Source: an uncultured Chloroflexia bacterium (GTDB lineage: Bacteria > Chloroflexota > Limnocylindria > Limnocylindrales > CSP1-4). From it: a stretch of 64,000 nt of DNA. A program made the translations under genes and the position numbers. Shown one piece after another: positions 32,401 to 43,387 of the stretch. Within the stretch, counting starts at the first letter, position 1; every line of letters begins with the position of its first letter. The DNA is taken from assembly GCA_963788685.1 (NCBI GenBank), contig CAWBHP010000011.1, positions 449,350 through 513,349 of the forward strand, read 5' to 3'. The notes under the pieces are model-generated. The model did no database searches. It was not told where the DNA came from and saw only the letters and a program-made list of their open reading frames with translations.

Positions 32401-33379
32401 TCCTCGTCGTCGGAGCGGCGCCGAAGTCGAGCTCGACGGCGATCTCGGTCGGGTCGACCGTCGGAACCGGCGCGTTGAGCCTGACATTGCGGGTGACGTC
32501 GGCGCCGTCGACAAGCGTCAGCGCGCTGGGCCTTGGAGACGTAGTTCGTGGCAGCGACTGTCAGCGTGTAGACGACCCGGATAGAGCCGCAGGCTGTAGG
32601 TCCCGTCCGGACCGGTCTTCGTCGAGCCGAGACCGGGCGAGGCGGTGACGGTCGCCCCGGCGATCGGTTCGCCGTCGTTCTTGTCGGTGACCGTGCCGTG
32701 CACGACGCCCGAGGGCACGGGCTCATAGCGGTAGGCGGTGTTCGGCGAGAGAAGCGCCTGGCCGAACGAGAACTTCGAGTCCGTCCGTGCCAGACGCATC
32801 CTCGATGCCGATCGTGGCTCCGCGGCCGTCGCCTGGATTGGCTGGATTGGCGCCGTACAGGATGTCGAGTCGTTTCGCCCTGCTCGTACAGCTTGATCTC
32901 GAAGTCGATGGTGCGATGTCGTACCGAGCACAGCGATGTCGGTGTACTCGAGGACGAAGGTGCGGCTGCCCGGCGACCCGAGCGTCGCGTACTCGATCGA
33001 TGCTCTCGTCGGCGAGATACAGGTCACGCCAGAACGCGATAGATCGCCGCGTTCGGCGGTCCGTCGGACGGGATCGAGAGCGGGAACGGGTTGAACACGT
33101 CCGCGCTTCGAGGAAGTTCAGGTAGCCGTTGTCCGACAGGAAGACCTGCTCGTAGTCCTCGCCGTAGAAGTCGAACGGGAAGGGCAGGCGGAGCCGGCCC
33201 GGCGAAGTCGTCACCGTACAGCGCCGTCTCGGTCGTCGCGTCGACCCAGACGAAGCCGATCGCACGGCAGCCGTGGCCGAAGTCGTCGAGCTTGCGGCCG
33301 AGGCTGAAGTTGAGGGTGATGTCCTGGTCGACGAGCTCGACGCCCTCGACGATCGCGGCCTCGGTGCAGCCGCCGCGCC
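29419..33379 (-). CDS. C-terminal 4 kb of the S8 protease reading frame (CarboxypepD_reg-like repeats, beta-propeller-like repeats, malectin-like end); about 21 frame breaks
   Basis: Conceptual translation continues from 33380 with no clean stop. It includes FPFDFYGEDYEQVFLSDNGYLNF; GTVTDKNDGEPIAGATVTASPGLGSTKTGPDGTYSLRLYPG; ISGTVTDAHSEEPLAGV; propeller-like LAYDPAADVFYIGGWNEGIVYRV, LWEATNSDTDTIYLIDP and GIELDNTGNIWTVSQNDGQAYLIE; and a malectin-like end YRVDLSFAEFQASGPGDRIFSVAFENAPLIWQLDV...FVNGILVTEIPQGSP*. Stop at 29419-29421. Confidence 0.6.
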
Positions 33380-35256
33380 GACGCCCGGATCGTGTACGTC
33401 CCGATGGGCAGGGTCAGGCGGTAGGCGCCCGTGGCGTCGGTGCTGGCGGCCGGGACCGGAGTCCCGATCGCCTGGACGTGGGCTCGGTTGAGGGGCGTGC
33501 CGTCCTCGGCCGCGCGGACGTGACCGGTGATGCGGAAACGCGGCAGTGCCCGGAGGGCGAAGTTCTGGGTCGTCGTCTCGTCCTTGACGATCTCGACGCC
33601 CGGGGCGATCTTCTGGGCGAAGCCGAAGGCCACGGCTGTGACGTCATACGTCCCAGCCGCGAGGAACATTTCGTAGTGGCCGGCGGCGTCAGTCGTGACG
33701 GTGAAGTCGCGGAACCCGCCTGACGCGGTCACCTGGGCGCCGGGGATCGGCACGCCACTGAGCCGGGTCACCGTTCCGGCGAGGGTCCCGCCGGTCGCGA
33801 CGAGGTCGACCGCCGCCTTGGCGTCGATCCGGCCGTCGCCGTAGACGTTGTTCGGGTCGCCATCTTCGGTGTCGCCACCGCAGTCCATGTCGATCCGATT
33901 GACGGCCGTGGCGCGAACGCCGTCTGTCGCCGGGACATAGTTGTCCGGATCGCCGATGAGGGACGGCTTGGCCGACAGGACCAGGGCGAGCGCACCAACC
34001 GTGTGCGGTGCCGCCATCGAGGTGCCGGAGAAGGACTCGTAGCCGCCGCCGGGAACGCTGGAGACGACGTCGACGCCCGGCGCGCTGATGTCCGGATTGA
34101 CCTTGCCGTAGACCGACGGTCCGCGGCCGGAGAAATCGGCGATGTTGTCGTCGATGTCGGTCGCGCCGGCGCTGAAGACCTCGAGGAAGTCGCCGGGCGA
34201 GCCGCCCTCGCCGCAGAAGGGGCCGGGGTTGCCGGACGAGAAGACGGGGATGATCCCGGCCGCCCGCCACGCCTGGACGACCGTGAGATAGAACGGGTCG
34301 CCAGGTCCGGCGCCCCACGAGTTGTTGACGATGTCGGGGCGCTTCGAGGGGTCAGGATTCTCGCCAGCGCTGTCCCACGGCGCGATCATGAACTCGCCCG
34401 ACGAGATCAGTGCCTCCTCGGAGCAGCCGAAGTCCTCGCAGCCCTTCGCGGCGACCCAGCGGGCGCCTGGGGCAACGCCGATGTCGGGCGTGAACGGGCC
34501 GGGGCCGTCGCCACCGACCATCGTGCCCATCGTGTGGGTGCCGTGGCCGGCGTTGTCGCAGGGCTCGTCGCCGCAGATCCCGGTCGGGTCCCACCAGTTG
34601 TAGTTGTGGTCGAACTCGCCGCCGCCGAGGTTGCCGCGATACTGGTTGACGATCGCGGGATGGGTGTAGTCGACGCCGGTGTCGACGTTCGCGACGACGA
34701 CTCCCTGGCCGATGACTCCGTCAGCCCACGCCTCGGGCGCGCGGATCTTGTCGACGCCCCACTCCGGGTCGCCGACCGCCGCGAGGATTGCGACCTTCGT
34801 TTCAACGGGCTTGACGAGGGGATAGACCTTGAGCGCCCGGACGGCCTTGACGCCGGGCAGCTTGGCGAATGCCTGGGCAAGCTTCGAATCGCCGCGCACG
34901 ACCAGCGAGTTCGTGAGCCAGTAGCTCTTCGCCTTGGCGCCGGAGTTCTTGGCAAGGGCGATGCCAGCAGCCTGGGATCGCTGGGCGTTGCCGGTCATCG
35001 TCGCCAGGACGAAGGCACCGCGCTGGGCATGGTTCTTGATCTTCGTTGCGCCACGGAGATCCGGCTTCGCCGTGAATTCGACGATGAAACGATCGACGCC
35101 GCCCGAGTCGAGGGCGGCGAGGAGAGATTTGTCGACCGGCGCGGAGGCGGCGGATCTTTGGCCGCCGTCCGTGGCGGCTGCCGCGGCGAGCGCCGCTCCA
35201 GCCTGCCCGAGCACGAGAATGAACGCGGCCGTCACCGCGACAAGACGACGAGCCAT
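33380..35256 (-). CDS. Exported S8 (subtilisin-family) serine peptidase: signal peptide, I9-like propeptide, catalytic domain and two CarboxypepD_reg-like repeats (intact N-terminal segment)
   Basis: GGAGG 8 nt before the ATG at 35256. Signal MARRLVAVTAAFILVLGQAGAALA. Catalytic triad Asp VVVANVDTGVDYTHP, His NAGHGTHTMGT, Ser SGTSMAAPHTVG. First frame break near 33375-33385 (TIRASA / GGCTEAAIVEG). Confidence 0.9.
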
Positions 35257-35471
35257 CGCCAGGACCTCCCTCAGACCAAGCTGGCCCACACCCGACCGGA
35301 CGGGGGCTGCCAGGCGACGCGAACATGCAGGCGGCTGATCGGCTTCGAATGCTACCGCGCGAGCGTCGAGGTTTTGTCTCCTTCCTGCAATCGCAAAAAG
35401 TGGTAGTGGTGCGCGCGCGCACCGGGCCGGACCGGCCTGCGACATCGCCGGATCGCTATGCTCGCGGGACG

Positions 35472-36602
35472 ATGTCAGCGATGAGGATTCGCGCCGCGGT
35501 CCTGGATCAGCCGGGCGTCCCCTCGCGGGTCGAGGAGCTGGAGCTCGCCGAGCCACGCTCGGGCGAGGTTCGGGTCCGGATGCTGGCGTCGGGCGTCTGC
35601 CACTCGGACCTGCACGTCCGGGACGGCGACTGGGACCGGCCGGGCCCGATCGTGATGGGCCACGAGGGCGCCGGCGTCATCGAGGCGCTGGGGCCGGGCA
35701 TCGAGCGCTGCGGCCGGGGACCTCGAGGTCGGGCGGCTCGTCGCGCTCGTCGTGGACGACGCCGTGCGGCCGCTGCCGGTCCTGCCTGGCCGGCCGAACC
35801 TGGGAGTGCGCGGACTCCCCTTCGTACACCCACCTCATGCCCGACGGCACGTCGCGCCTTGGCGCGGACGGACGGTGGCGGGGACGTCTTCAGCTATTGC
35901 GCGATCGGGACGATGGCGGAGGCCCAGGTCGTTCCGGTCGCGGCCGTCGTTCCGATGCCGGACGGCACGCCACCCGAGGTCGCGGCGCTGATCGGGTGCT
36001 GTGTCGCGACCGGCGTTGGGGCCGTCACGAAGACGTTGCCGGTCGCGCCCGGCTCCAGCGTCGCCGTCATCGGCCTGGGCGGCGTCGGACTATCGGCCGT
36101 CATGGGCGCCGTCCTTGCCGGAGCCGGCCGGATCGTCGCGGTCGATCGCGTCGCGGCGAAGCTCGAACTCGCCCGCGAGGTCGGGGCGACGGACACGGTC
36201 CTGGCGGGCGACGACGCCCCGACGACGCTGGCTGCGATCCGCGAGGCGACCGATGGCGGCCCGGACGTCTGCGTCGAAGCGATCGGCCTGCCGTCGACGA
36301 TCGAGATCGCGATCGGCTGTCTGCCGAACGGCGGGACGGCGCTCCTCATCGGCATGACGCCGTTCGGTGCCCGGGCGTCGTTCGAGGTCTTCCCATTCGT
36401 CGACGGTGGGCGACGGATCGTCGGCTCGAACTATGGCTCGGCGGTCCCCGCTGTCGACTTCCCGCGCTATGCCCAGCTCCACCTCGACGGACGCCTGCCG
36501 GTCGACCGCCTGATCACGGAGCGGATCGGGCTCGCCGGGGTGGAAGCGGCGTTCGAGCGGATGCGGCGTGGCGAGGGCGTTCGGTCGGTGATCGCGTTCT
36601 GA
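35472..36602 (+). CDS. Zinc-dependent alcohol dehydrogenase (class III/mycothiol-dependent formaldehyde dehydrogenase-like); two compensating frame breaks
   Basis: GVCHSDLHVRDG, GHEGAGVIEALG and VIGLGGVGLSAVMGA (Rossmann) are present. Between about 35705 and 35875 the correct reading (LVALSWTTPCGRCRSCLAGRTWECADS...HLMPDGTSRL, the structural-Zn Cys cluster) lies in other frames, while the long ORF reads Arg/Ala-rich junk. Confidence 0.8.
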   Translation: MSAMRIRAAVLDQPGVPSRVEELELAEPRSGEVRVRMLASGVCHSDLHVRDGDWDRPGPIVMGHEGAGVIEALGPGIERCGRGPRGRAARRARRGRRRAAAAGPAWPAEPGSARTPLRTPTSCPTARRALARTDGGGDVFSYCAIGTMAEAQVVPVAAVVPMPDGTPPEVAALIGCCVATGVGAVTKTLPVAPGSSVAVIGLGGVGLSAVMGAVLAGAGRIVAVDRVAAKLELAREVGATDTVLAGDDAPTTLAAIREATDGGPDVCVEAIGLPSTIEIAIGCLPNGGTALLIGMTPFGARASFEVFPFVDGGRRIVGSNYGSAVPAVDFPRYAQLHLDGRLPVDRLITERIGLAGVEAAFERMRRGEGVRSVIAF

Positions 36603-36650
36603 GGGTCGCCCGCGCCCGGCGCAGCCCCGCCGCAGCGTTCGGTCAGTTGC

Positions 36651-37514
36651 TCAGCCGTCCTTGACCCGCTCTCGGAGCGTCGTGCGCGCCTCCCACAGTT
36701 CCGGGAAGAAGACCTCGTCGACCATCTGGCGGAGGTAGCCGGCCCCCGCGGTGCCTCCGGTCCCCCGCTTCATCCCGATGACCCGGAGGACGACCTTGAG
36801 GTGGCGATAGCGCCATAGCGAGTAGGTCTCATCGACGTCGACGAGCTTCTCGGCCATCTCGTAGGCGTCCCACGCCTCCGCCGGGCGTTCGTAGATGCCG
36901 ACGATGACCTGTGTCACGCCGGGGTGGGGCTCATATGGCGTCGACACATCTCGCTCGAGCACCTCGCGCGGCACGGCCATCCCGCGCCGGGCGAGCCAGC
37001 GCAGGAACTCGTCGTAGAGGCTCGGGCGACGGAGAGCCGCCTCGAGCTCCTCGCGGATCGCCGGCACGTGCCGGAATACGTCGACGACGCTGACGTCCCG
37101 CTTGCCGAGGGCCATCTCGATCAGCCGGTTCTGGTGGGACTGGAAACCGCTGGCCGGTCCCAGCGCATAGCGGAACTGGGCGTACTCGGTCGGCGTGAGC
37201 GTCTCCAGCACGCTCCACTGGTTGAGGAGCTGGGTCTGGATGTGCTTGACCCGGGCGAGGATCTTGAAGGAGCTCTCGAGGTCGTCGCGACGGACGAACT
37301 CGATCGCCGCCCGCAGCTCGTGGAGCATGAGCTTGAACCAGAGCTCGGTGGTCTGGTGCTGGACGATGAACAGCATCTCGTCGTGGTGGGGCGGGTCGCT
37401 GAGCGGACGCTGCGTGGCCAGGAGGTCCTCGAGACCGAGGTACGTGGCGTAGTCGAGGTACTCGCGCCCGGCGTGGCGGCCGTCGTCTGACATCGCGACG
37501 AGGATAGCCCTCAA
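36651..37514 (-). CDS. kynA: Tryptophan 2,3-dioxygenase
   Basis: Intact 287-aa ORF with [46 protein letters not shown] and ...[14 protein letters not shown]. Its ATG overlaps the ndh stop (ATGA at 37511-37514). Confidence 0.85.
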   Translation of the reverse strand: MRAILVAMSDDGRHAGREYLDYATYLGLEDLLATQRPLSDPPHHDEMLFIVQHQTTELWFKLMLHELRAAIEFVRRDDLESSFKILARVKHIQTQLLNQWSVLETLTPTEYAQFRYALGPASGFQSHQNRLIEMALGKRDVSVVDVFRHVPAIREELEAALRRPSLYDEFLRWLARRGMAVPREVLERDVSTPYEPHPGVTQVIVGIYERPAEAWDAYEMAEKLVDVDETYSLWRYRHLKVVLRVIGMKRGTGGTAGAGYLRQMVDEVFFPELWEARTTLRERVKDG

Positions 37515-38845
37515 GCCGGGGGTTCGGGCTCCTCGATCGGCGGCAGCAGCGGGTCACCGGTGATCAGGCGCGAGCCGCGGCCGTGGGTCACGAACGACCA
37601 CGCCCAGCGGATGATCACGACGAAGCGATTGGCAAAGCCGATCAGGTACGCGATGTGGATCCCGAGCCACAGGAGCCAGGCGGGAAAGCCGCCCTGCCGG
37701 CCGAACGGCCCGAGCCACGGGATGTCGGTGACCCCGGCGAGGCGGCCGATGATCGCGACCTCGCCCTTGTTCCGGTAGCGGAACGGCGGCGTCGGCTCGG
37801 CGGCAAGGCGGCGCAGGATCGTCCGGGCCGCGTACGTGCCACCCTGGATCCCGCCCTGGGCGACGCCCGGCACCGGCCGACCCTCCTGCCACGGCATCAC
37901 GGCCGCGTCGCCGACGACGAAGATCTCCGGGTGGCTGGGCAGGCTCAGGTCAGGCCCGACGATGATCCGCCCGGCGCGATCCACCTCGGCGTCCGTCGCA
38001 GTGGCGACGGTGCGGGTGAAGCTCGAGACCTGGACCCCGGCGGCCCAGAGCACGGTTCGAGCGGGGAGCCGCTCCTCCTTGTCGCCGACCGCGACCCGGA
38101 CCGATCGGTCATCGATGTCGACGACCTTCGTTCCCGTTCGGACGGTGACGCCGAGCCGTTCGAGCTGACGCTGGGCAGACTTCGAGCGATCCGGCGGATA
38201 CGGCGGGAGCACCCGATCCATCGCTTCGATGAGGATGATCCTGGCGTGGGTCGGGTCGATCGAGCGGAAGTCGCGCTTCAGGGTGTCCCTGGCGATCTCG
38301 CCGAGGGCGCCCGCCAGCTCCGCGCCGGTCGGGCCGGCCCCGACGACGACGAACGTCATCCACTCGGCGCGGCGGACCGGGTCCGCCTCGCGCTCGGCGG
38401 CCTCGAACGCGATGAGGATCCGGCGCCGAATCCCCGTGGCGTCCTCGATCGACTTGAGCCCGGGTGCATGCTCCGCCCAGGCGTCGTTGCCGAAGTACGA
38501 GAAGCGAGCTCCGGTAGCGACGATCAGCGAGTCGTAGTCGATCGGACCGCCGTCTGACAGGTTCACGACCCGCTCGGCCGGGTCGAGGCCGACCGCTTCG
38601 CCAAGCAGAACCGTCGTGTTCCTCCGCTTCCGAAGGATCGAGCGGAGTGGCTGGGCGATATCGCCCGGACTGAGGGCGCCCGTAGCGACCTGGTACAGGA
38701 GCGGCTGGAACAGGTGGAAATTCCGGCGATCGACGAGCGTGACCTCGACGCGCCGGTCCTTGCCCAGCACGCGCGCCGCGTAGAGCCCGCCGAAGCCACC
38801 GCCGATGATCACGACCCGGTGGGGACCGTTCGCTGCGGGGGTCAT
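37511..38845 (-). CDS. ndh: Type II NADH:quinone oxidoreductase (NDH-2)
   Basis: Intact 444-aa ORF. First dinucleotide fold [14 protein letters not shown], second [15 protein letters not shown]-terminal amphipathic/TM tail. Overlaps both neighbouring genes by 4 nt. Confidence 0.85.
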   Translation of the reverse strand: MTPAANGPHRVVIIGGGFGGLYAARVLGKDRRVEVTLVDRRNFHLFQPLLYQVATGALSPGDIAQPLRSILRKRRNTTVLLGEAVGLDPAERVVNLSDGGPIDYDSLIVATGARFSYFGNDAWAEHAPGLKSIEDATGIRRRILIAFEAAEREADPVRRAEWMTFVVVGAGPTGAELAGALGEIARDTLKRDFRSIDPTHARIILIEAMDRVLPPYPPDRSKSAQRQLERLGVTVRTGTKVVDIDDRSVRVAVGDKEERLPARTVLWAAGVQVSSFTRTVATATDAEVDRAGRIIVGPDLSLPSHPEIFVVGDAAVMPWQEGRPVPGVAQGGIQGGTYAARTILRRLAAEPTPPFRYRNKGEVAIIGRLAGVTDIPWLGPFGRQGGFPAWLLWLGIHIAYLIGFANRFVVIIRWAWSFVTHGRGSRLITGDPLLPPIEEPEPPA

Positions 38846-39438
38846 CCCGATCCGGTTTTCCTCGCTCGCTTCGAGGTCGACTCGCCGCTGCTCGGTGGCT
38901 TGCGCTTCGTGCGAGGCTCGGCCGACTCAGCTGCCCCTGGACGACCCGAGGCCTTGACGCGCGGCTCCAGGATGACGGGCTCGAACGCGAGCGACGGCAG
39001 CTCCGCCGCCGGCTGGTCCTCCTCCGGCTCGACGTCGTCATCGATCGCTTCGGACGGACGGGCGACCTCACGCTCGATCCACGATTCGATGGGTGCCAGC
39101 GCTGGGATGCCGGGGCCAACGGCGATCCCGACTCCCGGGCCTACCCTTGTCGGTACCGTCTCGATGACGAGCGGGATGCTCTCGTCGGCGCGGAGCTTGT
39201 GGCAGCGGTAGCAGTTGGCGATCCGATCCTCGTTGATCGATCGGCAGTGCGGGCAGACCCACAGGAGCTCCTCGACGACGACGTCCTCGGTCGTGCCCAT
39301 ATCCGGCGGATTGACGAATCGAGCGATCAGCCAGACCGCCGTCGGCCCGGCCAGGAGCGCAGCAGCGATGAGCGCTGAAGGAATCGTCCCGAGACCATTC
39401 AACATGGCCTCGAAAAGTCCAGCCGGATCAATGGGCAT
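38842..39438 (-). CDS. Membrane-anchored zinc-ribbon protein (hypothetical)
   Basis: Intact 198-aa ORF with TM helix IPSALIAAALLAGPTAVWLIA, CPHC-x10-CYRC zinc ribbon, an acidic then a Lys/Arg-rich tail. Confidence 0.55.
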   Translation of the reverse strand: MPIDPAGLFEAMLNGLGTIPSALIAAALLAGPTAVWLIARFVNPPDMGTTEDVVVEELLWVCPHCRSINEDRIANCYRCHKLRADESIPLVIETVPTRVGPGVGIAVGPGIPALAPIESWIEREVARPSEAIDDDVEPEEDQPAAELPSLAFEPVILEPRVKASGRPGAAESAEPRTKRKPPSSGESTSKRARKTGSG

Positions 39439-39524
39439 CGCTTGGCCTCTCAGGACGTCGGGTCCCCGTCACCGTAGTCCTATGCCGCGATGGTACTGCA
39501 CGATCCGTGGCGGAGCGTGCGGGG

Positions 39525-42310
39525 CTATTTGTCGCGCTCAGCCGATGCGAGCGTGGCCTGTGCCGCCGCGAGGCGGGCGACCGGGACACGGAACGGTGAG
39601 CAGGACACATAGTCGAGGCCGATCGCCTCGCATTTCCAGATCGACTCCGGGTCGCCGCCGTGCTCGCCGCAGATCCCGAGCTCGAGCCCGGGCTTCGTCG
39701 AGCGGCCCTTGTCGACTGCCGTCTTCATCAGGCCCGCGACGGCGTCATCAAGGGTCTGGAAGGGGTTGACCGGCAGAACACCGTCCTCGACGTACTTCAG
39801 GAGGAACCCGCCCTCGGCGTCGTCGCGGCTGTAGCCGAACGTCATCTGGGTCAGGTCGTTCGTGCCGAAGCTGAAGAAGTCGGCTTCGCGGGCGATCTCA
39901 TCGGCGGTCAGGGCGCCGCGCGGGACCTCGATCATCGTCCCGAACTTGTAGTCGACCTCAACGCCGCCGGCGGCCTCGCGGACGGCCGTGGCCTCCTTCT
40001 CGAGCAGGGCCCGGGTAAAGGCAAGCTCGTTCACGTGGCCGACGAGCGGGATCATGATCTTGGCGATCGGGTTGCCGCCCGCCTTCTTGACCGCGATCTG
40101 CGCGTTGAGGATCGCCCGCGTCTGGATCTTCACGAAGTCCGGGATCATCAGCCCGAGGCGGCAGCCGCGCAGCCCGAGCATCGGGTTCTGCTCGTGGAGG
40201 CTCCGGATCGTCGCCAGGAGCTCTTTGTCCTCCTCGGAGGCGCCGCCCTGCATTTCGGCCCGGGTGACCTTGACGAGCTGCTCCTCGAGGTTCGGCAGGA
40301 ACTCATGCAGCGGCGGGTCGATGAGGCGGACCACGACGGGGAGGCCGTCCATCGCCCGGAAGATGCCCTCGAAGTCGCCCTGCTGGAGGACCTCGAGCTG
40401 GGCCATCGCCCGGTCGAACGTCTGAACGTCGTCGAGCTCTTCGGCGGTGAGCTGCGCGCCGCTGGCGAACCGCGCCTTGGCCCGGGTCGCGACGCTCGCG
40501 ACAAGGATCGCGCCACGGACGATGTCGAGCCGCTCGCCCTCGCGGAACATGTGCTCGGTCCGGCACAGGCCGATGCCCCGGGCGCCGTAGCTCCGGGCCT
40601 GCTCGGCCTCTTCGGGCTTGTCGGCGTTGGTCCAGACGGCCATCCGGGCGAATCCGTCGGCCCAGCCGAGGATCGTCTGGAGCTCGGGCTGGTCCTCGAA
40701 TCGAGCCTCGACTGTCGGGATGCGCGCCGACGAATACCTCGCCGGTCGAGCCGTCCACGCTGATCCAGTCGCCTTCCTTGAAGGCGAGGCCGCTGTCGGA
40801 CGATCGGGCGCTCTTCGAGCCGTAATCGACGATGAGCTCGGCGCAGCCGGCGACGCACGGCTTGCCGATCTGGCGGGCGACCACGGCGGCGTGGGACGTC
40901 GCGCCGCCGCGGGCGGTCAGGATCCCCTGGGCGACCGCCATTCCGTGAAAGTCGTCGGGCGAGGTCTCGACGCGGACGAGGACGACCTTCTCGCCGCGGC
41001 CGACCCACTCGACCGCCACGTCGGCGTCGAAGACCGCCTTGCCGACGGCCGCGCCGGGCGACGCGTTGAGGCCCTTGGCGATCCGCTCGGCCTTCTGGCG
41101 CGCGCCGGGGTCGAACTGGGCCCGCAGGAGCTGGTCGACCTGGGCGGTTTCGATCCGGCCGACCGCCTCCTCCTTCGTGATCGTGCCGTCCTCGACCATG
41201 TCGACCGCGATCTTCACCGCGGCTGCCGCGGTCCGCTTGGCGGAGCGCGTCTGGAGCATGTAGAGCTTGCCGCGCTCGATCGTGAACTCGAGGTCCTGGA
41301 CGTCGCGGTAGTGGCTCTCGAGCTGCTGCCCGATCTTCTGGAACTCGTCGTAGACCGCCGGCATCTCCTCGGCCATCTGGGAGATCTTCGGGAGCCGTCC
41401 GGACGCCGGCCACGACGTCCTCGCCCTGGGCGTTGGTGAGGTACTCGCCGAAGAGGACACGCTCGCCGGTGTTCGGGTCGCGGGTGAACGCGACGCCCGT
41501 CCCGGAGTCGTCGCCCATGTTGCCGAAGACCATCGTCACGACGTTGACCGCGGTCCCGAGGTCGTGGGCGATCTTCTGGCTGTCGCGATAGTCCTTCGCC
41601 CGCTTGCCGAACCAGCTCGCGAAGACCGCCTTGATCGCAAGGTCGAGCTGCTCGTTCGGGTCGGACGGAAAGTCGCGCCCGGTGTCCTCGCGGACGATCT
41701 GCTTGTACTCACCGACGAGGGCCTTCAGGTCCGCCACGTCGAGGTCGGTGTCCTTCGCGCCGTGACCGTGGGCCTCCTTGCGGGCCTCGAGCGGCTCGTC
41801 GAAACGGCTCGCGGGAACGTCCATCACGATCCGCCCGAACATCGCGATGAACCGGCGGTACGCGTCCCAGCCGAATCGCTCGTTGCCGGTCAGCGCGACG
41901 AGGCCCTGGAGCGTCTCCTCGTTGAGGCCGAGGTTGAGGACGGTGTCCATCATCCCGGGCATCGAGAACTTGGCGCCGGAGCGGACGCTCACGAGGAGCG
42001 GGTTCTTCGGGTCGCCGAAGCCCTTGCCGGAGCGCTCCTCGACCTCCCGCATCGCCTCGAGGACGTCGTCCCACAGCCCGTCGGGCAGCTTCTCGCCGGC
42101 GGCGAAGTAGTCGTTGCACGCTTCGGTCGTGATCGTGAAGCCGGGCGGGGTCGGCAGGCCGGCCTTCGTCATCTCGGCGAGCCCGGCGCCCTTGCCGCCG
42201 AGCAGGTCCTTCATCGCGCCGTCGCCCTCGGCCGTGCCGCCGCCCCACGCGTAGATGTAGCGCTTGCCGGCCTTGTGGGCGCGGTCGGTCGCGGGGGACG
42301 TCGTTGCCAT
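39525..42310 (-). CDS. ppdK: Pyruvate, phosphate dikinase; 2 frame breaks
   Basis: N-terminus KRYIYAWGGGTAEGDGAMKDLLGGKGAGLAEM; central GGATSHAAVVARQIGKPCV (phospho-His); C-terminal GIGLCRTEHMF and ...GLDYVSCSPFRVPVARLAAAQA. The frames of ORFs 40148..42310, 40303..41460 and 39525..40643 join near 41395-41410 and 40715-40740. Confidence 0.9.
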
Positions 42311-42501
42311 TCGGCGAGCTCCTTGGGCGCGGCGCGGCCCGTGGGCGGCGCGGGGTTCTCTTGCGGTCCGACGCGGTCACGGTGGATTGTACTAGTGCCC
42401 TCGAACCTGAGAGCAGGCGCCCTCCCCGTCGAACGGACGCTCGCTCACCGAGGTCCGAGGCCGAGCCCCGCGAGGCCATCGGCCGGGTACCATCCGGCCG
42501 G

Positions 42502-43363
42502 ATGACCGAACTCGCCGCCGATCCGCGCGTCATCGACGCGGAGGCGCCCGTCGTACAACGCCCGACTCGTGCGGCGCGAGGACGAGACCGACTCGCTCGC
42601 CTACTTCTGGGTTCGCTTCGACGGCGACCCGACCCCGTTCGAGCCCGGCCAGTACATGACGATCGGGGTCATGGTCGAGGGCAAGATCGTCCAGCGGCCG
42701 TATTCCGTGGCCTCGCCGCCGGTCGCCGCGGGCATCAGACGGATACGAGTTCTACGTCCGCCTCGTCCAGGGCGGGACGTTCACCCCGCTGCTGTGGCGG
42801 ATGCCGATCGGCCAGGGCATGCGGATGATCGGCCCGAAGGGCAAGTTCATCCTCCAGCCCGAGGACGAGCGGACGCACATCTTCATCTCGTCAGGAACGG
42901 GCAATGCGCCGTTCGTCTCGATGATGCGGCAGATGCTCGGCCGACGGCGCGCCGCGCCGGGCCGTGTTCCTCAATGGCGTCTCGCACGCCCACGAGCTCG
43001 GCTACCGCGACATCGTCGAGGGCTGGGAGCGGTCGGGCGAGATACCCGGTCACGTACATCCCAACCGTCTCCCGCCCGAACGATCCGCTCAACGCGGCGT
43101 GGATGGGCCGGATCGGGCGGGTCGAGTCGATCCTCGGGCCGGTTCTCGACGAGCTGGGCTTGACGCCGACGAACTCCATCGCCTACATCTGCGGCAACCC
43201 GGACATGATCCTCAGCGCCGAGGAGACGCTCCTCGCCCGCGGCTACCCCGAGGAGCAGGTCCACAAGGAGCTCTACTGGCCGAAGGGCAAGGAGCCCCGC
43301 GGCGTCGCGGCCGGCGACCTCGCCGCCGCGATCGACGCCGCGGAGGCCAACGCGGACCAGTAG
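42502..43363 (+). CDS. Ferredoxin-NADP(+) reductase-type FAD/NAD(P)-binding oxidoreductase; about 5 frame breaks
   Basis: RPYSVAS (FAD RxYS), GGTFTPLLW, MIGPKGKF, IFISSGTGNAPFVSM (NADP) and AYICGNPDMI...ELYWPKG are spread over the frames of ORFs 42304.., 42569.., 42801.. and 42964... Confidence 0.75.
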
Positions 43364-43387
43364 CCTGTCGCGGGCCGCTACCTTGGC

